Source of the DNA: a virus
Taxonomy: Duplodnaviria > Caudoviricetes
Reading direction: 5' to 3' (one strand)
IMG/VR virus record: IMGVR_UViG_3300047275_000458
Coordinates: 1 to 58,660 of that record
DNA: 58,660 bases
Shown here: positions 28,114 through 37,587 of the stretch, piece by piece
How the letters are laid out: every line of letters begins with the position of its first letter
Numbering within the stretch: the stretch's first letter is position 1
The notes under the pieces: generated by a model
Databases searched by the model: none
Told to the model about the DNA's origin: nothing
Seen by the model: only the letters and a program-made list of their open reading frames with translations
Translations under genes and position numbers: made by a program

Positions 28114-31100
28114 ATGGCAATATATTTTGACGATAGTGGTGGTAGTGACGCTTTTAATCCTGCAGATTGGGGCGTTTCTACAAAACCTGCAAAACGTGGT
28201 GTTTTAGGTGCAGCCAACGACTATGTTATTAATGCCGCAAATCTTATATTAGGTGGTACTAAATCTATTGTTGACTTTGCTCAACCGGGAACCGAACTGG
28301 CTTCTCAAATTGAAGCATTAATACGCGAAGGCCAAGAAAAACAATCTGATGTAACAAAACGGGCTAAACAAGAACTTGGGCAATCCATCGAAGAAGGTGG
28401 GATGGAAGCCTTAAAAGGTGTTGGCAAATATGTTGTTCAGTCTCCTGGCCTGGCTATCTCCGAAGCAATTGGGTCGTTTGTTGTTCCCGGTATCGCTATT
28501 AAAGGTGCAGGACTATTAGGTCGGGCTACTGGTGCGGGTGAGCGTGCGATTGCGGCAGGCCGTGCTGCTGGTCCTTTACGTGCTGCTGACGAAGCCGCTC
28601 TTGCGGCTCGAGGTGTTCGGCCTTACGAAATAACGGCTGGTGTTGCTTCTGGTGCTGCACTTAGTGGCGGTGATGCGGCTGGTGATGCATATCAACAAGT
28701 CTACGAATCTCAAATTAATTTAGGGGTAAACCCTGATGAAGCAAAACGACTTGCGACAGAAGCAGCCCGCAAGGCTAGCATAGTCCCTGCTGTGATAGGT
28801 GGAGTGACCGGCATACTTGGTGCTGAAGCACAATTATTTAGCGGCGCAAAACGAAGTGGCTCAAGCATTCTAAAGTCTGCTGGGTCGGAAGCCCTTCAAG
28901 AAGCCGTTGAAGAAGGCTCAACTAAATTGTCTGCCAACCTTGCTGCTATGCAGTATGGCGTTGATACAACCCCCATGCGAGGCGTGGTGGGTGCGGCTGC
29001 TTTAGGCGGCGCGCTTGGTGGTATCACTGGTGGAGGTGTTGCGTTTGCTACACGTCGTCAATCTGGTAGTTTGTTGCAAGCCTCTAACGACAACCTTACT
29101 GGTAATTTAACTCCGGACGACGACGGTATTAAGTCTGCCATCAATGAAGATCGACAGATGTCGTTGTTCTCGGCTGAGGAACTGATGCCGCAAGTTGTAG
29201 CGCGGGAATCAGAATTGATTAACCCATACAACGTAGGTGGCTATGTCGGAGCGCAACAGGCTGGCTTGGATACGGGACTACAATTTACAAGTACCGGTGG
29301 ACAACAAAATATGGTATTTGGTGCTGGTCCTGTTCAGCAAATTCAAACGGGTACAGGTCAAGCGGCGGCTCCAGCAGCCCAAGCCACTCAACCGCAAGCG
29401 AAACCTACTGCGAGCGGACAGCAGACACCGCAGGTCGATCCGCAAATTCTTTCAGAAACCGGTCAGCGGTATGGACTAACTCAGTCACAAATGCCCGGAA
29501 CTGGCGCAGCCGTTGTTAATATTGGTGGACGTAATGTCTACGGTACTAATTCTGTTAAACAGTTTTTGACTGAGTTGACTATTGCCGACGAAGGTAAGTC
29601 CGATATTCAACGGCAAATGGAAGCCGCAGTATTTAAGTCTGGCACGATGTCTGTACAACCTACGATTACGGCTAAAGCCCTGTCGGCTGCTGCAACCAAG
29701 CAACTAGAGAAACTACAGATTAACGAAGCCGATTCGCTGGAAACGGCTGCACAGATTCTTAACGACCAGATTCGAGCATTGGGCGACGCCAATAAAAAAG
29801 CCACAGATAAAAATGTGGAAACATTGGCACGCACATACGAAGCGCTTACGGGGAGCGTATCTCCGGCATTTACTCAAATTTTAGAAGGAGCAACAAATGT
29901 ACAAAATGGACAAAAACAGCAAGTGTCTACCGGGGTGGGAGCAGTTTCAGTCGGTGGAGGAGCGCCAGCGGGCGGTACAGGACTTAATGTTCAACCCACA
30001 AACGTTCAATCCCAGCAACCAGGAAGCCAGCCTAGCGGACAGAACATCGTCCAAAATGTCCCCGGCGGAGAAGGTGGAGCACGGCCTGGAGGTGGTGGAC
30101 CCATCGACACCAATGTTTCTGTTGGCAGCGAAGCCGCGCCGTCGCAAGTAACAGAAGGCACTCCGACTGAAAAAGAAGACTTTGCCAAAAAGTTATTTGT
30201 TGACGTATTTGGCGAACGCGATGGTCTAATTGTTTACGATTTGTTAGAGGTCACTGGAAACCAATCTGTTATTGCGGCTAAGTACGATATTGATCGTACT
30301 GTGGTGTCTAAGATCAAAAACAAGTATTTTGAGTCCAACACTGGTAAACAGTCCAAAGCTCTGTGGTTTAAGCCTAAGTATCAGGCAGCGTTGAAAAACG
30401 AAGTCATTGCTCAAGGCAGGTCGTTACAAGATGTGTATACATTCTTGTCTAACGAGTCCGAAGCCCAGAAGGAAATGGAAGACCTGATTATTAAGGACTT
30501 CGAAGTAGAACCTGCAGTAGAAGGGGCGGAAGATACAACTCCTACATCGGCTGAAGAACAAGGCGCAATTGCTCCTGTCATGGGAGAAGGGCTTCTCGAA
30601 GACAAATCAGAAACTACAGCAGACGAGCGAGATACAAATCTGACGTTTGTGGGATCTGAGAAGGGCTTAAGCCAAACTAGCGATGTTAGTGAAAAAAGTA
30701 ACTGGCGTTCGTCCATAAAGAAAAACCGCAAGAACCTGAAAAATGTTAGCGATGCGCATTTACAGGATGCGGCTATGGCTGCGCTTGAGGGTAAAGTAGA
30801 CGATAAAACTTTGTTGGAAGATATTACTGCCGAACTTAAGCGACGTGAAACCGTTGCCCGTGCTAGCAAAGCTGGGCGCGAAACTATAGAAACGCAGGAG
30901 GAAGAAGATGCCGTTCAAGAGCCAAGCCCAGAAAAAGTGGATGTACGCAAACAAGCCGGAGATGGCAGAGCGGTGGCAAAAAGAGACACCGAAAAACAAG
31001 CCGTTGCCGAAGAAGATGAAGTCAGCGACGAACTCGCAACCCGCGAAGAAGACGCCGAAGATGCGTGGAACAGCCTAGTCACAAGTAAAGAAGTTGAAGC

Positions 31101-34100
31101 CCTTGGCTTGGCAGAGTGGGTCGAACTGTCTGAAGCCCAGCAAGCACTAGTCTTGCGTCTGGATGATCCGTCTACGCTAACCATGCGTAACGTTGAGAAG
31201 ATTCTTGCGCTTGAAGACGATACCCGCACTATTGACGTTGAAGCCCGTGAAGTTAGCCCGGGTGAGCGTCGTATGATTGAAAACGGAATAAAACAGCTTC
31301 CAAACACACAAGTTGCTACCCTAGAAAAACATTACGGGGCGAAGTCTGGAACAGCAGAGTTTATTAGCAAACTCGCTACTGATGTAACTAACTATATTAA
31401 CAAAGGCGCTGAGTCTGTTGCCGCTGCCATCCGTGGGATTATTAAGTCCATGGCAGAAGGTATGGTTGCTTTTGGCCTAGTATTTAACCCGGCTATTCAA
31501 TACAGTGGTTTTGACTATAACGTTGAAGCCATATACGAAAAAGCAAAAGAACAGAAAACGCAAGTACCAGCTAACGCTAAAGCCAAGATGTCTCCTCTGG
31601 CTCAGGCTGTGTACCGCGATATGGCTGCTACAGCCAAGAAAACCGGCAAGGGCTTTATGATTGCCGACAAACAAGCGGGTATGATCCACGCGTTTAACGC
31701 TGATGGCAGTCTACTAGTCCAAGACAGCGCTTTGTTTGGCAAAGATATCGGTGACAAAGTAACTACGTCTTCGTTCCAAGGTGGGCCAAAGATTACCCCC
31801 GCCGGGAAATTTACGCTTAAAGTTTCTAAAGATGAGAGTTATGCTGGCGGTTATGTGCTTGGCATGGAAGAAACGTACGATGCAGGCGAAGGCAGTTGGG
31901 TGGCTATCCACGCCGCATACTTAGGCAACACCGGTGAAAAACGCCTTGAGCGTTTAGCCAGTGGAGACGCCAAGGAAAAGCGTGTTAGTTATGGATGTAT
32001 TAATACTACTCACGACACATTCCTTAACAAGTTTAAGCCAAACCTCGATAAGTTTGATGGTGGTATGGTATTTGTGCTGCCCGAAGAAACAGTAAATATT
32101 GCCGCTGCTAAAACAGGCAAGGTTCAGTTTTCTAAAAAGGTAGCCGCTGGAGGTTCAAAAGCCTCAGACGTTCGGAAAAAACTTCGTAACTTTATTGGCG
32201 CAGAAAATGAAGCTCGGATGCAGGTGTATCAGAGTATTGACGAAATTCCTGTTGACATACAGAAAAAAGTTGAAAAAGCTTCTGGCGAAGCCATTACTTC
32301 GAATACGCAAGGATTTATTGTAGATCGGAAAGCATATCTAATTGCTGACAATATTAGCCCCGGAACTGAACGGGCTGTGTTTATGCACGAAGTTGGTTCC
32401 CACCTGGGTTTGGAAAATATCCTTACCGAAGAACAATTTGACAAGTTAGTAGACACTCTTCTTGAATGGTCTGGTCGGCAAGATGATTCTCTAGAATGTA
32501 CTTTAGCTACTAAAGCGTTGGTTCGAGTTATTGACGCTAACAGCACAGATGCGCAACGTAATAGTGAAATGGTTGCGTATTTTATTGAAGAAGCGCTGCT
32601 TGCTGGTGTCAACCCTAAAGCTGTTGCTGAAGGAACAGGGTTTGCGTCTTGGTTCCGTACACTATGGTCAGCGTTTAAGCAGGGTATTCGCAAACTGAAT
32701 TTGTTTAATCCAGACAAAATGAATGCCACAGATATTATTAATATGGCATACGGAGCAGCACGCTTGGAGATTGCGGGTACTTGGCACGGGACTGCTGCTG
32801 AGTTTCGCCGGTTTAATCATATGTATATGAGTACTGGTGAAGGGGCTCAAGCTTATGGCTGGGGAACGTACTTAGCGCAACGGTTTGGTATTGCTTACGA
32901 ATACATGACTTCTGATGTTAGTAGAAAAACAAGAACTGAATTTACTTGGCAAAATCCAGAAGCCGTTCAAGTTTATTTTGAAAATCATCCATTAACTAAC
33001 ACAAAAGCTAAAGAAAAAATTTACGATCTAAACACTCAAGGGCTTTTAGTTCAAAAAGGATATCCTATTGAGCCGGAAGATTTAGCACGAATGTATGTAA
33101 GTGGTCATTATTTCGACAGTGCTAGCATTTCTGCTAAGCCTTTGTGGGTTCCAGTTACTGTTAACGGCAAAACATATACCACAAAAGATTTACAGTGGTC
33201 AGAAAAACAAATTAAACCTGCTGGAACAATGCTTCGGGTAGATGTTAATGCTAAGCAAGACGAACTGCTTAACTGGGATATCTCTCTGGCTAAACAACCT
33301 AGTATCTTAAACAAACTTGAAAAAGTATTTACAGAAGAGCTAGAAGTAAATTACGGCTTACGGTCTTGGATTACTAACCAAATAACAAAGTCTTTGAATT
33401 TTTCAGATTTAACTGGGCAAGAGTTGTATTTAACTTTGCAAGAAATTATTAAAAATTACAACCTTGCTCGGTATTACAAGCAAGACATTAGTTTGGAACA
33501 GATGTTCTTTATTGATGCAATAGAAGAAAATGCAGCACTTAAAGTTCAAAAGTATGAAACTGATGAAGTTGTATCAACATTTTTAAATGGCATTGGTATT
33601 AAAGGTCTTAAATTTTTAGACGCTCGCAGCCGTAAAAAATCAAAATCTTTCTATATTCAAAAGCTAGAAGAAGCTGAGTCAATTATTGAAGATTTTGAAG
33701 CGTGGGATGGTAAAACTCCTCGCTCTTACCCTTCTTGGGCAAAAAATACTGAGAAGCAAGCAGAATATATTGCAGATCTCAAATATAAATTATCTCAGGC
33801 CCCAGAAGATTCTGAATTAACACGCAACCTTGTTGTGTTTAGCGACAAAAATATTGTACGCGTAGCATCTTTGCAAGGGGGCAGTCAACAGGAAGTTAAG
33901 TTTAGTATTCGCCCTCTTGACCGTGGCACAGTAGAGCGCAATATCCGCAAACTTCCTTCTGGGCTACAGGGGCCAACACGCTCAACGTTTATTTCCCTGG
34001 CAAATTTTGCCCGTAAGGGTATGGATTACGTCGCATTTACCCCGGTGATTATTGACCGTGCGGTTAAGGCTGGTCTGACTGCTGCCAACAAATACCTCCG

Positions 34101-36711
34101 TCTAAACCAAGAACGGGGTCAGATGGCAAAGCAGATGGAAGAAGATGTACAGCGTATTGTGGATATGTACGCCAACGTGCCTGCAGAAAACCGTGGCACG
34201 GGTGATCGTAGCGTAAACCGTTACATATTTGACTCCACCCGCCGTGGGGTATGGGGGTTCCAACCTACCAATCGCAGCGACAAAGTAGATGTTGACCCTG
34301 AGTTGTCAATTCGCTTTAAACGTCTATCTCCTGAAGCCCAAGCATTTATCCGTGCCGTATTTAAGCATGGCGATGACATGCTGGCGCTAAAAAAGAAAAC
34401 CGTCATGGAGTTTACAAACTCGGAGTACGACGCAGCCATCGAGCAAGCCAAGAAAGACGGCGACGCCAAACTAGAAGCCTCCCTGACGGCAGACAAAAAA
34501 GCTGACCTTAAGAAATTTGACAGCTTGTTTAAGTTGCGTGAGGGTATACCCTATGCTCCGATCAAGCGTATCGGTAAGTACGTAGTGATTGCCAAGTCAG
34601 CAGAATACCGACAGGCAGAGCGTGATGGTGATGCTAAAAAGTTGCGTGACCTTGAAAAAGATCCTGACCATTACCATGTCACATTCAAAGATACGGAAGC
34701 CCAGGCTCGTGCGCTGCAACAATCTTTGGTTGATGAAGGACATTTTGGCGGGGATGAGGCTGTAGAAATAGGTGAGCGCGATCAATACGAAAACGAGTTA
34801 TACGGCGGTAACAATATCCTGCAAGCCTTGACTAAACTGCGTTCACAGATTGACGCCCGGGCAAGTTCTGAAAAAGCTGATGAGCGTGCGGGTGCTGCCA
34901 CGATGCGTCGTATTGTAACGGACTTGTACTTAGAGTCTTTGGCAGAAGCCAGCGCTCGGAAAAACGAAATGCGTCGTAAGGGCGTATCTGGTGAAGTTGA
35001 TATGCTCCAGTCGTTTGGGCTACAAGGTGCTGCCGATGCGCGGTTTCTGTCCGCCCTCCAATATGATAAACAGACGCAAGATGCTATTCAAGAAATGCGT
35101 GGACAAGTACGCACAGGTGGTGGTGATAGGTTACGGAAGTCGGAGTTGTATAACGAACTGATGGCGCGGTATGCACAGACGTTAGACTTTGAACCCATGC
35201 CGGTCACTCAAAAGCTTAACCGATTAACCTCTGTATGGTTCTTGGCGACTAGTCCGGGATACTACCTACAAAACTTAACCCAGCCATACATGATGTCGTT
35301 ACCTTTGATGGCGGCAAAACATGAAATTGGTAAATCTTCGACGGCACTGTTTAAGGCATATACTGAACTGGGCGAAGTATTTAAGAGCGCCAAGTTGTTT
35401 GAGCAGCAGTTTGACTACAGTAAAGTGCCTGCTGATGTTCGCCAAGCCATTAAGACTTTGGTTGATCGAGGCCGTATTGATATTGGTATTGATACCGAAC
35501 TTGGCAACGCACGGATTGAAGGTGCTGGTGCATTTGAAGACCGCTGGAATAAAGTAGATAAAGGTCTACGGCTTGCTGTTCAGAAAGTAGAGATTCTAAA
35601 CCGTCTATCTACTGCGATTGCAGCCTATCGGTTAGAAATGGCAAAGTCTGGTAGCGCCGCTAAAGCCCTGCAGTATGCGGACGACATTCTTGTGGATACC
35701 CATGGCGACTACAGCGCGTTTGCTGCACCGCGAGCATTTAATACAAATATTGGTAAAGTTGCTCTCCAGTTCCGTAAGTTCCAGTTGATCCAGTTAAGCT
35801 TGATGTCAAAGCTAATTAAAGATGCCTACACAGGTAAAGATCGAGCCGTTGCCGTAAAAGCCCTAACTTACATCCTAGGTAACACGGCTGTTATGGCTGG
35901 TGTGCTTGGGTTGCCCGGTATGTCAGCCATTGCTTGGATACTTGGTCAGTTACTAGGCGATGACGACGAGCCGTTTATTCTTGAGAAAGAATTGCGGGAG
36001 TATATTGGGGACGAGGATCTTGCCAACATAATTACGCGTGGCGTACCTACAGTGGCGGGGGCAGACTTGTCGGGTAAGATTGGTATGGGAAATATGTTGT
36101 CAGTCTTACCGTTTACCGAGATTGACAAACTAAATGGTGAGAAAACTGCAGAGATTATTGGTACGTTGATAGCGGGCCCTGCTGGTGGATTGTTGGCCCG
36201 GGGTGCGGATGGCGCTGCATACATGGCTAACGGCGATTACTGGAAGGGTTTGGAGTTGATGACCCCGAAGGGTGTTGGGGATGCCATGAAGGCTTATCGT
36301 ATTGCGAATGAAGGTGTAACCAACAATCGTGGGGATGTGTTGTTACCGCCCGAAGAACTAGGCGATCTGGACACTATTTGGCGGGCGTTTGGTCTTTCCC
36401 CTGTTAAACAGACAGTGCGGTCTGCTAAGCAAGGGTTTAAAATAGACTACGAAGCAAAATACGAAGCTCAGTCTGGGGAAATTAAGAGAGACTATATTCG
36501 GGCAGTCAAGGAAAATGATAACGAGGCCAAAGAAGAGGCTCGTCAGAAATGGAAGAAACTGCAGGAAGCACGCAAGCGCAATGGCTTTAAAGTTCAGCCA
36601 TTGTCTGAGTTGTTGACTTCTCCAAGAGAGCAGCGTAAGCGTGAGCGTAAGACCGTAGGGGGTGTGCAGTTTGACACCGGATCACGTAGGTTTGTGGAAG
36701 GATTACAGTAA
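28114..36711 (+). CDS. Giant polyvalent internal virion protein (L,D-transpeptidase-like, metallopeptidase, ART-like and PLxRFG-like domains)
   Basis: IHAAY...SYGCIN; MHEVGSH; WHGT...TGEGAQAYGWGTY; YAPIKRIGKY. Confidence 0.8.
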   Translation: MAIYFDDSGGSDAFNPADWGVSTKPAKRGVLGAANDYVINAANLILGGTKSIVDFAQPGTELASQIEALIREGQEKQSDVTKRAKQELGQSIEEGGMEALKGVGKYVVQSPGLAISEAIGSFVVPGIAIKGAGLLGRATGAGERAIAAGRAAGPLRAADEAALAARGVRPYEITAGVASGAALSGGDAAGDAYQQVYESQINLGVNPDEAKRLATEAARKASIVPAVIGGVTGILGAEAQLFSGAKRSGSSILKSAGSEALQEAVEEGSTKLSANLAAMQYGVDTTPMRGVVGAAALGGALGGITGGGVAFATRRQSGSLLQASNDNLTGNLTPDDDGIKSAINEDRQMSLFSAEELMPQVVARESELINPYNVGGYVGAQQAGLDTGLQFTSTGGQQNMVFGAGPVQQIQTGTGQAAAPAAQATQPQAKPTASGQQTPQVDPQILSETGQRYGLTQSQMPGTGAAVVNIGGRNVYGTNSVKQFLTELTIADEGKSDIQRQMEAAVFKSGTMSVQPTITAKALSAAATKQLEKLQINEADSLETAAQILNDQIRALGDANKKATDKNVETLARTYEALTGSVSPAFTQILEGATNVQNGQKQQVSTGVGAVSVGGGAPAGGTGLNVQPTNVQSQQPGSQPSGQNIVQNVPGGEGGARPGGGGPIDTNVSVGSEAAPSQVTEGTPTEKEDFAKKLFVDVFGERDGLIVYDLLEVTGNQSVIAAKYDIDRTVVSKIKNKYFESNTGKQSKALWFKPKYQAALKNEVIAQGRSLQDVYTFLSNESEAQKEMEDLIIKDFEVEPAVEGAEDTTPTSAEEQGAIAPVMGEGLLEDKSETTADERDTNLTFVGSEKGLSQTSDVSEKSNWRSSIKKNRKNLKNVSDAHLQDAAMAALEGKVDDKTLLEDITAELKRRETVARASKAGRETIETQEEEDAVQEPSPEKVDVRKQAGDGRAVAKRDTEKQAVAEEDEVSDELATREEDAEDAWNSLVTSKEVEALGLAEWVELSEAQQALVLRLDDPSTLTMRNVEKILALEDDTRTIDVEAREVSPGERRMIENGIKQLPNTQVATLEKHYGAKSGTAEFISKLATDVTNYINKGAESVAAAIRGIIKSMAEGMVAFGLVFNPAIQYSGFDYNVEAIYEKAKEQKTQVPANAKAKMSPLAQAVYRDMAATAKKTGKGFMIADKQAGMIHAFNADGSLLVQDSALFGKDIGDKVTTSSFQGGPKITPAGKFTLKVSKDESYAGGYVLGMEETYDAGEGSWVAIHAAYLGNTGEKRLERLASGDAKEKRVSYGCINTTHDTFLNKFKPNLDKFDGGMVFVLPEETVNIAAAKTGKVQFSKKVAAGGSKASDVRKKLRNFIGAENEARMQVYQSIDEIPVDIQKKVEKASGEAITSNTQGFIVDRKAYLIADNISPGTERAVFMHEVGSHLGLENILTEEQFDKLVDTLLEWSGRQDDSLECTLATKALVRVIDANSTDAQRNSEMVAYFIEEALLAGVNPKAVAEGTGFASWFRTLWSAFKQGIRKLNLFNPDKMNATDIINMAYGAARLEIAGTWHGTAAEFRRFNHMYMSTGEGAQAYGWGTYLAQRFGIAYEYMTSDVSRKTRTEFTWQNPEAVQVYFENHPLTNTKAKEKIYDLNTQGLLVQKGYPIEPEDLARMYVSGHYFDSASISAKPLWVPVTVNGKTYTTKDLQWSEKQIKPAGTMLRVDVNAKQDELLNWDISLAKQPSILNKLEKVFTEELEVNYGLRSWITNQITKSLNFSDLTGQELYLTLQEIIKNYNLARYYKQDISLEQMFFIDAIEENAALKVQKYETDEVVSTFLNGIGIKGLKFLDARSRKKSKSFYIQKLEEAESIIEDFEAWDGKTPRSYPSWAKNTEKQAEYIADLKYKLSQAPEDSELTRNLVVFSDKNIVRVASLQGGSQQEVKFSIRPLDRGTVERNIRKLPSGLQGPTRSTFISLANFARKGMDYVAFTPVIIDRAVKAGLTAANKYLRLNQERGQMAKQMEEDVQRIVDMYANVPAENRGTGDRSVNRYIFDSTRRGVWGFQPTNRSDKVDVDPELSIRFKRLSPEAQAFIRAVFKHGDDMLALKKKTVMEFTNSEYDAAIEQAKKDGDAKLEASLTADKKADLKKFDSLFKLREGIPYAPIKRIGKYVVIAKSAEYRQAERDGDAKKLRDLEKDPDHYHVTFKDTEAQARALQQSLVDEGHFGGDEAVEIGERDQYENELYGGNNILQALTKLRSQIDARASSEKADERAGAATMRRIVTDLYLESLAEASARKNEMRRKGVSGEVDMLQSFGLQGAADARFLSALQYDKQTQDAIQEMRGQVRTGGGDRLRKSELYNELMARYAQTLDFEPMPVTQKLNRLTSVWFLATSPGYYLQNLTQPYMMSLPLMAAKHEIGKSSTALFKAYTELGEVFKSAKLFEQQFDYSKVPADVRQAIKTLVDRGRIDIGIDTELGNARIEGAGAFEDRWNKVDKGLRLAVQKVEILNRLSTAIAAYRLEMAKSGSAAKALQYADDILVDTHGDYSAFAAPRAFNTNIGKVALQFRKFQLIQLSLMSKLIKDAYTGKDRAVAVKALTYILGNTAVMAGVLGLPGMSAIAWILGQLLGDDDEPFILEKELREYIGDEDLANIITRGVPTVAGADLSGKIGMGNMLSVLPFTEIDKLNGEKTAEIIGTLIAGPAGGLLARGADGAAYMANGDYWKGLELMTPKGVGDAMKAYRIANEGVTNNRGDVLLPPEELGDLDTIWRAFGLSPVKQTVRSAKQGFKIDYEAKYEAQSGEIKRDYIRAVKENDNEAKEEARQKWKKLQEARKRNGFKVQPLSELLTSPREQRKRERKTVGGVQFDTGSRRFVEGLQ
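29897..30151 (+). CDS. Overprinted +1-frame protein (84 aa) inside the giant gene
   Basis: AAGGAG, 6 nt, ATG; the host frame is a low-complexity linker; ends AAKPRRRK. Confidence 0.55.
   Translation: MYKMDKNSKCLPGWEQFQSVEERQRAVQDLMFNPQTFNPSNQEASLADRTSSKMSPAEKVEHGLEVVDPSTPMFLLAAKPRRRK
30908..31078 (+). CDS. Overprinted +1-frame basic protein MPFKSQAQKKWMYANKPEMAERWQKETPK... (56 aa), not in the ORF track
   Basis: AGGAGG, 6 nt, ATG; resembles a small phage protein type I recall as free-standing (unverified). Confidence 0.75.
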   Translation: MPFKSQAQKKWMYANKPEMAERWQKETPKNKPLPKKMKSATNSQPAKKTPKMRGTA

Positions 36712-36893
36712 TGGCTACTACAAAATCTAAAGTCAATCAGGCTGGGGTGTATACCAAACCGGGTATGCGCAAAGGTTTGTTTAACAAAATTAAGGCTGGA
36801 ACAAAAGGCGGTGATCCTGGTGAATGGTCAGCGCGTAAAGCTCAGTTGCTGGCTAAAGAATATAAATCTAAGGGTGGAGGGTATAAAACGTGA
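36711..36893 (+). CDS. Small basic protein
   Basis: TAATG coupling; YTKP.MR..LF..IKAG.KGG..GEWSARKAQLLA..YK..GGGY. Confidence 0.8.
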   Translation: MATTKSKVNQAGVYTKPGMRKGLFNKIKAGTKGGDPGEWSARKAQLLAKEYKSKGGGYKT

Positions 36894-37120
36894 AAAACCC
36901 TCAGCAGTCTCTAAAAGATTGGACAGCTCAGAAGTGGCGTACTAGCGACGGATCTCCATCAAAAGGCAAAAAGCGTTACCTACCGGATGCCGCGTGGAAG
37001 TCACTTAGCCCCGGGGAAAAAGCAGCTACAAATAAAGCCAAGGCGGAGGGCAATCGCAAAGGCAAGCAGTTTGTAGCACAACCGAAAAAAATTGCCCAAA
37101 AAACCTCTAACTACAGATAG
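36890..37120 (+). CDS. Small basic protein (DUF5872-like)
   Basis: Q.SL..WT.QKWRT..G, RYLP..AW..LS..EKAATN.AK. Confidence 0.8.
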   Translation: MKNPQQSLKDWTAQKWRTSDGSPSKGKKRYLPDAAWKSLSPGEKAATNKAKAEGNRKGKQFVAQPKKIAQKTSNYR

Positions 37121-37128
37121 GAGTAAGT

Positions 37129-37383
37129 ATGGCTAAGACACCAGCATGGCAACGCAAAGAAGGAAAAAACCCAAACGGCGGATTGAACGCCAAGGGTCGC
37201 GCATCGTACAACGCAGCTAACCCCGGTAAACCGGGACTTAAGGCTCCTCAGCCTGAGGGTGGCCCGCGTCGTGATTCATTTTGCGCTCGCATGAAAGGCA
37301 TGAAAAAGAAGTTGACTAGCGCAAAAACTGCCAACGATCCTAACAGCCGTATTAACAAAAGCCTAAAGGCATGGAACTGCTAA
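37129..37383 (+). CDS. Small basic protein (DUF6321-like)
   Basis: AWQRKEGKNP.GGLN.KGR, RR.SFCARM.G, SL..W.C; AGGAG SD. Confidence 0.8.
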   Translation: MAKTPAWQRKEGKNPNGGLNAKGRASYNAANPGKPGLKAPQPEGGPRRDSFCARMKGMKKKLTSAKTANDPNSRINKSLKAWNC

Positions 37384-37384
37384 C

Positions 37385-37576
37385 ATGATTAAGTTTATTC
37401 AAAAACAATTGGAAGCGTCGGAGCAACTAGTTCAAATTATGGAACGCGACCATAAAGAGCGTATGGAAGTTGTTCAGTTGTGGGCTGAAATGAACACAAA
37501 CCTCATCCAGAAATTAGCTGAACGTGATAAACTTATTGACGAACTTCGTGCTGCAGTGCTTGAACTTAAGAAGTAA
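37385..37576 (+). CDS. Small coiled-coil protein
   Basis: Fills the gap between genes, heptad pattern. Confidence 0.6.
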   Translation: MIKFIQKQLEASEQLVQIMERDHKERMEVVQLWAEMNTNLIQKLAERDKLIDELRAAVLELKK

Positions 37577-37587
37577 ACGGAGGAAGC

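Noticed and set aside
34390-34475. T-poor patch giving a +1 S/T/K/R peptide in the giant gene
   Set aside because: Bounded by stops with no start codon; at most a decayed remnant
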